A DNA stretch of 13,284 bases from Deltaproteobacteria bacterium. Its GTDB lineage: Bacteria > Myxococcota_A > UBA9160 > SMWR01. Positions 6,028 through 13,284 of the stretch are shown piece by piece. The stretch lies in contig JAQBHB010000005.1 of the NCBI GenBank assembly GCA_032128115.1, forward strand, positions 1 to 13,284. Reading direction: 5' to 3'. Every line of letters starts with the position of its first letter. Position 1 is the first letter of the stretch. A program made the translations under genes and the position numbers. Under the pieces are notes generated by a model. The model ran no database searches, was not told the DNA's origin, and saw only the letters and a list, made by a program, of their open reading frames with translations.

Positions 6028-7323
6028 TCACAGTCCCAGGAATGCAAACCCCTGCGCCAGGAAGACGGCGTAGGGCCGGCGGCTGAATTCGCTGGGCTGG
6101 TTCTGCGTGAGGACCACGCCCACCAGGCCCGATTCCGGGCTCACGAAGAAGGTGGTTCCGTAGTAGCCCGACCACCAGAAGTCGCCGGTGCGATCGAACA
6201 ATGGAGTGGCGTCGGCGTCCACCACGACGGCGATGCCCAGGCCCCATCCGAGGCCCTCGATGTCTTCTTCTTCGAGAACTCCGGAGGCGACGTGTGGCAT
6301 TGTCATCAGCTCCACGGATTCCGGGGAGAGGATCCGCGTGCCGTCGTACGCTCCCCGGTTCCAGAGCATGAGGGCGAAACGCATGAAGTCGCCTGCAGTC
6401 GAAACCAGGCCGCTGCCGCCCGGTGTCCAGTCGATTGCGTCACTGGCGGGGGAATCGACGAGGATCAGCTGCTTGTTCTCGTCCTGCGTATACACCTTCG
6501 CCAGGGTCCCGCGCTCGGCCTCGGGTGGAAGAAAGCTCGTCGAGGACATCCCGAGCGGGGCGAAGATCCTGCGCTCGAGAAACCGGTCGAGGGGCTCGGC
6601 TGCGGCGACCTCGACGACGCGCGCCAGAACGTCCCCCGACCAGCCGTATCGCCAGATCTCGCCGGGCTGCTCGTAGAGGGGAGCCGTCAGGATGCGATTC
6701 ACCCGTTTCTCGAGCGAGCCGGTGCCCGCATAGATGTCTCGCTCCGCCCAGAGGCTGCCCAGGTCAGACGCATCTTCTTCGCTCCCGATGCCGGCAGTGA
6801 ACGTGAGCAGGTGTCGAACGGTCAGGGGGCGATCGATCGGAACGGTGGGGATCGTCCCAGCTTCCGCGAATTCCGTACTGGCAGCCACGCGCAGGTCGCC
6901 CGCGGCCGGGATGTAGCGTTCGACGGGATCGTCGAGCCCGAGACGCCCGTCTTCCATCAGCACGAGCGCCGCCACCGCGATCACGGGCTTCGTCATCGAT
7001 GCCATCCGGAAGCGCGTATCGAGCTGCATGGGTTGGCGAGTCGCGAGGTCCGCGTAGCCCGAGGTCGTTGCGTGCACCACGCGCCCACCGCGGGCGAACA
7101 TCGCCACATAACCGGAGTGGGAGCCGATCAGAGTGTTCAGGTCCAGGAACGCATCGAGTGCCCAGGTGGAAAGCCATGAGAGTCCGTCCGAACTCTCGAG
7201 CTCTGGGTTGGCCTCGGGAATGTCGACCTCGAGGGGGGCGCCACAGGCGGCCAGCAGCAGCAGCGCCGAACCCAGGCCGGCCAGGGCGCTGCGCGCCCGC
7301 GAAGCCTGGAGATCCAGATGCAT
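6028..7323 (-). CDS. Serine hydrolase (beta-lactamase class C/esterase family) lipoprotein, 431 aa
   Basis: FRMASMTK (SxxK), LGLDDPVERYIP, LTVRHLLTFTAG, PGEIWRYG (catalytic Tyr), WWSGYYGT; lipobox LLLAAC. Confidence 0.93.
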   Translation of the reverse strand: MHLDLQASRARSALAGLGSALLLLAACGAPLEVDIPEANPELESSDGLSWLSTWALDAFLDLNTLIGSHSGYVAMFARGGRVVHATTSGYADLATRQPMQLDTRFRMASMTKPVIAVAALVLMEDGRLGLDDPVERYIPAAGDLRVAASTEFAEAGTIPTVPIDRPLTVRHLLTFTAGIGSEEDASDLGSLWAERDIYAGTGSLEKRVNRILTAPLYEQPGEIWRYGWSGDVLARVVEVAAAEPLDRFLERRIFAPLGMSSTSFLPPEAERGTLAKVYTQDENKQLILVDSPASDAIDWTPGGSGLVSTAGDFMRFALMLWNRGAYDGTRILSPESVELMTMPHVASGVLEEEDIEGLGWGLGIAVVVDADATPLFDRTGDFWWSGYYGTTFFVSPESGLVGVVLTQNQPSEFSRRPYAVFLAQGFAFLGL

Positions 7324-7356
7324 TCCTGTCCTCGTCTGGCGTTCGATTGGCGCGTG

Positions 7357-7362
7357 ATTATA
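7357..7362 (-). promoter_or_regulatory. Consensus -10 element TATAAT upstream of the serine hydrolase
   Basis: ATTATA on the + strand, 33 bp upstream of ATG 7323, in an otherwise GC-rich spacer. No clear -35. Confidence 0.45.
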
Positions 7363-7414
7363 CGGGTTGCCGTGAGCCTAAAGCTCGCCTCTCCACCTGC
7401 CGACTCGAACGCTG

Positions 7415-9193
7415 ATGGAATCCATGTCGCAGCAGGAGTTCCAGGCGGCGCTGGCTTCCGGCGACCGGGAGCGCCTCGACGCCCTGGAGGCGCATTATCT
7501 CGCGCTGACGGAGCAGCCCGAGGCGGACCGTGCCACGGCGTGGCATCGGGCGGCCATCCTCGCCCTGGCGAGCCGGCGCGCTGACGAAGCGCTGGCTCGG
7601 GTCGATCGGGCGCTGGCGTTGCGTGCGGCGCCGGATTTCCACAACACCGCGGGAATGATCCACAGCACCCGGGGCGATCCGACCCGGGCGGTGGCCGCGT
7701 ATCTGCAGGTGTTGCAGAGCGACCCCGATCTCTTCGATACGCGCCTCGATCTCGGCCGTTGTCTGCTTCAGCTCGAGGATCCCCGGGCGCTCGAGCACTT
7801 GCGCCATGCGGTGCGGCTGAAACCCGATGAGGGATTCGCGTGGTTCCTGTTGAGTCTGGCCCTGCAACAGGCGGGCGAACTCGAGGAGGCAACGCGTTGC
7901 TTGAAGACCATCCTCGAGAACGTTCCCGGCTTCGCCGAGGCGCATCTCGAGTTGGGGCGGATCGAGGCCCAGCGCGGCCGCGTGAAGCAGGCGCTCGCAC
8001 GCTACGAGAAGGCCCTGGGACTCGGGACGCTCCCGATCGGCGACGAATTGAGTCTCTGCCATCTGATGGCCGAGCTGGGAGAGATCGACCGGAGCCTTGC
8101 CGCCTATCGCGACGTGCGGAAGCGACATCCCGAAAGCCTGCGCGCCCTGACGCAACTGGCGAACCTCGCGGGAAGCCATCTGTCGGGGAAGGAGTCCGAG
8201 GATCTGGTGACGCTCGCGCGCGACTCCCAGCGCCTCTCACCCGATGAACAGGGGCGCGTGCACTTCGCGCTGGCGCGAATCTGCGACGAGCAGGGTGATT
8301 TCCAGGGCGCGGTCGACCACGCGCGTCGTGCGAATCGCGCCCACGCAGACGATCTGGCGCGCCGCGGCAAGGTCTACCGGCCGGCTGCGCACAGCCGCTT
8401 CGTCGATCGACAGATCGAGACCTTCACGGCCGAGCACTTCGCGGGGCGTGCCCGGCGTGCCGGGCGAAAGGGCAGCTCGAAGCGTCCCATCTTCATCGTG
8501 GGCATGCCTCGCTCGGGCACGTCGCTGGTGGAGCAGATCCTCGCCAGCCACTCTCGGGTTTTCGGCGCGGGTGAACTCACCCTGATCGGCAACAGTCTCC
8601 GATCGCTCCCGCCGACTGCAGAGGGCTTCGCGACCCCGGAAGCATGGATCCGTCAGGCGCCGGAAAGCGAGATCGGGGCCCTGGCCACCCGATACCTGCA
8701 GCGCCTCGCGCAGCTCGATTCCGACACCCTGCGCGTGACTGACAAGCTGCCCGAGAACTACCTGTATCTCGGGTGGATCGCAAGTCTGTTCCCAGACGCC
8801 ACGCTGATCCACTGCGTTCGCAATGCCCGCGACGTGGCGCTGTCGTGCTGGCTGAATCGCATGGTGCGGCTCTCGTGGTCCACTGATCTCGAACACATCG
8901 CGGGCCGGACCCACGAGTATCGGCGCCTGATGAACTGGTGGGAGCAGGTGTTGCCCACTCCCCCGATTCGCGTCGAGTACGAGGAGCTGGTATCCGAGCC
9001 CGAGTCGGTGAGCCGACGGCTCGTGGATGCGTGTGGCCTGGTCTGGGATCCCGGCTGTTTGTCCTTCCACAGAACACGCCGTCGGGTGGCCACGGCGAGC
9101 CTCGTGCAGGTTCGCAAGCCCGCGAGCCAACGATCCGTGGATCGCTGGCAACACTATGCGCCGCTGCTGCCCGTGGATCTGGAAGAGCTGTAG
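7415..9193 (+). CDS. TPR-repeat sulfotransferase family protein (alternative start 7424)
   Basis: N-terminal TPR-like helical repeats; 5'-PSB loop PIFIVGMPRSGTSLVEQILASH; TDKLPEN; 3'-PB motif RNARDVALS; YEELV; TASLVQVRKP..SVDRW. Confidence 0.93.
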   Translation: MESMSQQEFQAALASGDRERLDALEAHYLALTEQPEADRATAWHRAAILALASRRADEALARVDRALALRAAPDFHNTAGMIHSTRGDPTRAVAAYLQVLQSDPDLFDTRLDLGRCLLQLEDPRALEHLRHAVRLKPDEGFAWFLLSLALQQAGELEEATRCLKTILENVPGFAEAHLELGRIEAQRGRVKQALARYEKALGLGTLPIGDELSLCHLMAELGEIDRSLAAYRDVRKRHPESLRALTQLANLAGSHLSGKESEDLVTLARDSQRLSPDEQGRVHFALARICDEQGDFQGAVDHARRANRAHADDLARRGKVYRPAAHSRFVDRQIETFTAEHFAGRARRAGRKGSSKRPIFIVGMPRSGTSLVEQILASHSRVFGAGELTLIGNSLRSLPPTAEGFATPEAWIRQAPESEIGALATRYLQRLAQLDSDTLRVTDKLPENYLYLGWIASLFPDATLIHCVRNARDVALSCWLNRMVRLSWSTDLEHIAGRTHEYRRLMNWWEQVLPTPPIRVEYEELVSEPESVSRRLVDACGLVWDPGCLSFHRTRRRVATASLVQVRKPASQRSVDRWQHYAPLLPVDLEEL

Positions 9194-9195
9194 AG

Positions 9196-9218
9196 GCCGC
9201 GCCGAGGCGAGGCGTTTT
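9196..9218 (+). terminator. Weak intrinsic terminator candidate
   Basis: GCC-G-CGC-[CGAG]-GCG-A-GGC followed by GTTTT, in the 24-bp gap between convergent stops. Confidence 0.3.
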
Positions 9219-10768
9219 CAGTCGGACCTTCGCATTGAATCGGGCCAGAGCAGGCCGTTCGCGATCAGCTGGCGGATCGCTCCGACGAAATTCTCGGTGC
9301 GGTCGTTGGCGTCGGCATCTTGCGCCGATCCTCCGCCGCCCGTGAGATCGCGCAATGAGCGCTTTCCGTCGCAGCGAAGCACCACCTTCATGAGCGCGGG
9401 GCCGATCCGGGCCGAATAGGCGATGCCCTGGGTCAGCAGCAGCCGGGCGCCGCGCAAGCCCCATCCCGCAGCGTTCTGCTCCAGGTGCGGTTCGACCCGG
9501 AGGTACGGCGAGGCGGTGAGCTTGGAATCGAGCAGGGCCTGGTCGTCGTTCTCGTCCAGGAAGTCCCGAAGTTCGAACGTGCGCTCGATGGCATCTCCCG
9601 TTCCGCGCTGCACAGGGGTGGGGAGCGCATCCGCGCGAAACCAGTTCTCTCGCGCGGCAACGCGTCGCATCGTGATGATGCCTCGGCCGACTCCCTCGAT
9701 CCGGTGCTTTGCGAAGTACACGGCCCATTTGCGGTGGCGCTTCTGGAGCTCGGTGTTATCGGGACCGCTCAGGTAGTTGCTGGCATACTCCACCGGGTGA
9801 TACGTCCGACGCCGGAGTACCCAGGCGTCGCAGTCGGACTTCGCGAACCATTTGGCAAGCCGTATCGGCCAGGGGCCTCCCGCGATCTGCGCCCAGTCGC
9901 AGAAGATCTGGCCGTAACCCCCGTCATTCAGGTGTTGGGGGAGTTCCTTGCAGATGCGCTGGACGAACTCGTCGCCATCGTCCTTGTTGTCGCGACCATA
10001 GGTCTCGAACTCGGGCGAGATCACGAACGGCGGATTCGCGAGGATCAGGTCGAAAGTGGATCCCCTGGCGGGCTCCAGCAGGTTCCCCTCTGCGAATTCG
10101 ATGTTCGTGATTCCATTGAGTCGGGCGTTGAAACGCGCGAATGCGAGAGCCCGGACGTTGATGTCTGTTGCGAGCACGTGGTCGCTGTGGGAGGCGGCCA
10201 ACATCGCCTGGATTCCCATGCCCGTGCCCACATCGAGAGTGCGTTTCGATTTCTGGCGGACCGTCATGTTGGCCAGCCACAGGGTGCTGCCGGATAGCCC
10301 CATCACGGCGTCCTCGGCAGCGCCGGTTTCCGACCACCAGTCGAGGTCCGATGCCACGATCAGATCTTCGTAGGGTTCGAGTCTCACGAGCGGCACGGCG
10401 TAGCCGCCCTTCAGATCGATCAGGCGCGCCGCCTGCCAGGACTCCAGCGGCAGCGGATCGAGGCCCGTACGCGCCTCCTCTTGAGCAACGCGCTGGCCGT
10501 AGAAGAACATCCGCAGCATGGGGTGGGCCCGGGAAGCGGCCTCCTGGGTCGCTGCCAACTCGGTTCGGGCCGCCGCCAGAACCGTTGCGGCATAGCGCGA
10601 CCGCTTCAAGGCGAGCCGAATCGCGCCGATCTGTTCGGCGTCTTCGAGGCAGACCGGCGGCGTGGGTTGCGATGAAGTCTTGCGGCGGCCGGGGGGGGCC
10701 GGCTTGGCCGCGGCCCGCCGGGTACGACGCGGACTCGCAGCGGCTTTGCTGCGGGCTTTCTTCGGCAT
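9218..10768 (-). CDS. Class I SAM-dependent methyltransferase (HemK/PrmC-like NPPF type), 516 aa, with possible PqqD/RRE-like C-terminal winged helix
   Basis: TLDVGTGMGIQA (motif I), ATDINVRALAFARFNARLNG, GNLLEP, FDLILANPPFVI. C-terminus LRCDGKRSLRDL..AIRQLIANGLL. Start set at ATG 10768 after a G-rich SD. Confidence 0.88.
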   Translation of the reverse strand: MPKKARSKAAASPRRTRRAAAKPAPPGRRKTSSQPTPPVCLEDAEQIGAIRLALKRSRYAATVLAAARTELAATQEAASRAHPMLRMFFYGQRVAQEEARTGLDPLPLESWQAARLIDLKGGYAVPLVRLEPYEDLIVASDLDWWSETGAAEDAVMGLSGSTLWLANMTVRQKSKRTLDVGTGMGIQAMLAASHSDHVLATDINVRALAFARFNARLNGITNIEFAEGNLLEPARGSTFDLILANPPFVISPEFETYGRDNKDDGDEFVQRICKELPQHLNDGGYGQIFCDWAQIAGGPWPIRLAKWFAKSDCDAWVLRRRTYHPVEYASNYLSGPDNTELQKRHRKWAVYFAKHRIEGVGRGIITMRRVAARENWFRADALPTPVQRGTGDAIERTFELRDFLDENDDQALLDSKLTASPYLRVEPHLEQNAAGWGLRGARLLLTQGIAYSARIGPALMKVVLRCDGKRSLRDLTGGGGSAQDADANDRTENFVGAIRQLIANGLLWPDSMRRSD

Positions 10769-10864
10769 CGGTCCCCCCCACACCGGATTCCGCCATCCGA
10801 AGCGGAATCCTGTCGCCCTTCCGATCGGCAGAGCGGGTATTGATCTGTAGACCACCCCCGGGGG

Positions 10865-13284
10865 CTAGTCCCCATCCAGGAGGTCGGCGATACCCGCGGT
10901 GTTTTCCTCGCGCTCGGCCTCCTCCGTTTCCTTGCGACGCTTCTCTCGCTCCTCCGGCGTCAGCGCCAGAACGGCCAGCGGGTCGAGCACCCGCCACATG
11001 GGCAGTGTCGAAAGCGCGAGTACCGCCAGCGGGGTTGCCCGCAGCAGCGAAAGCGCGATCACGAAGGTTGCCATCAGGGTGAGCCCCTCGGTAGCGGCCA
11101 CCGCCCACTCGGTTTCGACGGTTCCGTCCTCGACGCCCCGTGCCAGTTCCTGCTCCCAGGCACCGAGGGTCTCCCAGATGGGCAGAGCTTCGAGTGCGGC
11201 GACATTCCACGCTTCGCTTTCGTGGTCGCGCTCGAGCGAGCCGAATCCTCCGGCTGCTTGCTCCCCGGCTCGCCTCGCATCGAATACCTCGGCGTCCTGG
11301 ATCGCGGGTCTACGCACGACGAATTCGGCGTTCGCCCGCCTCAGGGCGTCCTCGAGAGCGGGGTTGAATACGGGCACGGGTTCCGGTTCCGGCTCCGGCT
11401 CGGGTTCCGGTTCGGGCTCGGGGTTCCGGCTCGGGCTCGGGTTCCGGCTCGGGCTCAGGCTCCGGCTCGGGCGGAATCGGCTCGATGAGCGGCGGGCCGC
11501 TACTTACCGTGATGGTAGAGCTGACCACGCCGCTCTGGGCCGCCACGCTAGCACCGTCTTCCGACGCCTCCACATCGAAGCTCCCGGTCAGTGTGCTCAG
11601 CGGAACCGGCGAGAATCGCAGGCCCGCCTGGCCCTGGGCCACGGTGATGTAGTCGCCATTGCTGATCGCCGTGGTGCCATCCGCCTGGAAAAGCGTTCCG
11701 TTGCTGATGCCGGTGATTCGCAGGTGCGTCACTTCGGCGCCGTCCAATGCATTGCGATCGAGCGCGATCAGGCCCGATTGGGTGTCCGGGGCCGTCGTGA
11801 TGTTTGCCGCCACCGGCGTATCGCCCACCGCGATGACGGTGACGGTGGAGGTAGCCACCCCGCTCTGCGCGGCCACGCTGGCGCCGTCTTGCGAGGACTC
11901 GACATCGAAGCTTCCGGTCAGGCTCGTATTCGCGAGCGGCGAGAAGCGCAGGCCAGCCTGTGCCTGGGCGTAGGTCACATAGTTGCCGTTGCTGATGGCG
12001 GTGGTGCCATTGGCCTGGAAGAGGCTGCCGTTGGTGATGCCGCTGATGCGGAAGTGGGTGACCTCGGGACCATCCGTCGCGTTGCGGTCCACCACGATCA
12101 GGCCCGTCTGGGTGTCCTCGAAGGTGGTGATGTCGGCGACCACGGGGGTATCGCCCACCGGGGTGATGCTGATGGTGGAGGTGGCGACGGCGCTCTGGGC
12201 CGCGACGGAGGAACCGTCCTCCGACGACTCCACGCCGAAGCTGCCATCGGCCGTGACGTTGAGATCCGGCGTAAAGCGCAGCCCGGCCTGGCCCTGGGCG
12301 TAGGTGATGTAGTCACCATTGCTGATGGCGGTGCTGCCATCGGCCTGGAAGAGCGCGCCGTTGGTGATGCCGCTGATGCGGAAGTGGGTCACCTCGGTGC
12401 TGTCCACCGCCGCCCGGTCCAGCACGATCAGGCCCGACTGGGTGTCCTCGACCGTGGTGATGTCGGCCACCACCGGGGTGTCGCCCACCGGGGTGACAGT
12501 GATGGTGGACGTCGCCACGCCGCTCTGATTGGCGACCGAGGAACCATCCTCCGAGGACTCGACGCCGAAGCTTCCGGCCAGATTGGTGTGCAGGTCCGGC
12601 GTGAAGCGAAGCCCGGCCTGGCCCTGGGCATAGGTGATGTAGTCGCCATTGCTGATGGCGGTGGTGCCGTCGGCCTGGAACAGGCTGCCGTTGCTGATGC
12701 CGCTGATGCGGAAGTGGGTGACCTCGGCGCCGTCGGTCGGGTGGCGGTCCACCACGATCAGGCCCGACTGGTTGTCCTCGAAGGTGGTGATGTCGGGGAC
12801 CACGGGCGTATCGCCCACCGGGACGATGCTGATGGTGGAGGTGGCCACGCCGCTCTGGGACGCGACGCTCGTGCCGTTCTCGGACGACTGGACGCCGAAG
12901 CTGCCATCGGCCGTGACGTTGGTGTCTGGCGTAAAGCGCAGGCCCGCCTGGCCCTGGGCGTACGTGATGTAGTCGCCGTTGCTGATGGCGGTGCTGCCGT
13001 CGGCCTGGAAGAGCGTGCCGTTGCTGATGCCGCTGATGCGGAAGTGGGTGACCTCGGTGCCGTCCACGGCGGCCCGGTCCAGCACGATCAGGCCCGACTG
13101 GGCCTCCTCGATCGTCGTGATGTCGGCCACCACGGGCGTGTCGCCCACGGGCGTCACGTTGATGGTCGAGGTGGCCACGCCGCTCTGGGCCGCCACCGAG
13201 GAGCCATCCTCCGAGGACTCGACGCCGAAGCTCCCGGCCAGGTTGGTGTGCAGGTCGGGCGTGAAGCGCAGGCCCGCCTGGCCC
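10865..13284 (-). CDS. 3' part of a giant repeat adhesin/surface protein, interrupted by a +1 frameshift at 11420-11423 (5' end outside window)
   Basis: Frame open from 13283 through tandem 110-aa Ig/cadherin-like repeats and an EP linker. Deleting one base at 11420-11423 joins it in frame to the 10865-11377 ORF, which carries hydrophobic segments and LPMWRVLDPLAVL. Confidence 0.85.
11378..11468 (-). repeat. (Glu-Pro)15 hexanucleotide linker repeat with one extra base
   Basis: 91 bp = 15 x GARCCN + 1 nt: 8 EP units, then an extra C (GGGG at 11420-11423 on +), then 7 EP units. Confidence 0.92.
11502..13284 (-). repeat. Tandem 330-bp (110-aa) coding repeats: five complete units plus one partial
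   Basis: Units begin (P/A)VGDTP at 13151, 12821, 12491, 12161 and 11831. Near-invariant EVTHFRISG, AISNGDYITYAQGQAGLRF and QSGVATST. Confidence 0.95.

Noticed and set aside
1939..7323. Antibiotic-resistance cluster (vgb lyase + beta-lactamase)
   Set aside because: Both are broad superfamily folds. The Vgb-like protein has a signal peptide and heme motif, and the serine hydrolase has esterase-type motifs (WWSG rather than KTG). There is no support for resistance function.
10855..10864. CCCCCGGGGG palindrome after the adhesin stop as a terminator
   Set aside because: No loop or U-tract; too short to support a call.
2138..12972. Many long alternative-frame and antisense ORFs (e.g. 2288..3892, 7137..8240, 8577..9728, 9924..11210, 11659..12972)
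   Set aside because: Shadow ORFs expected in GC-rich coding DNA, mostly Arg/Pro/Gly-rich, overlapping well-supported genes and with no recognisable motifs.
11378..13284. CRISPR array or non-coding repeat
   Set aside because: Repeats are in-frame coding units (330 bp and 6 bp) with synonymous variation and no unique spacers.

Overview
GC-rich bacterial window; taxonomy cannot be fixed from the sequence, although the gene repertoire would suit a Myxococcota/deltaproteobacterial-type genome. (1) A ~1.8-kb accessory-looking islet (149-1890): an XRE/HTH regulator resembling CapH-type defence regulators lies divergent, across an AT-rich palindrome-containing promoter, from a probable operon. That operon encodes a Zn-finger-fused GIY-YIG nuclease-domain protein, a 49-aa protein and a 22-aa peptide (both absent from the ORF track) and a 76-aa SH3-like protein. 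This is the best candidate for an undescribed regulated defence or stress system. (2) A block of metabolic/envelope genes: a secreted CxxCH heme-c + Vgb-like beta-propeller protein, a YfaP/DUF2135-like lipoprotein, an AidB-like acyl-CoA dehydrogenase and a serine-hydrolase lipoprotein. (3) A TPR-sulfotransferase converging on an NPPF-type SAM methyltransferase with a PqqD/RRE-like C-terminus. The methyltransferase lies directly downstream of the 3' end of a giant adhesin built of 110-aa repeats. A single extra base in the adhesin's (Glu-Pro)15 linker uncouples the repeats from the C-terminal hydrophobic anchor domain. All family calls come from motif recognition by eye; no database searches were run.
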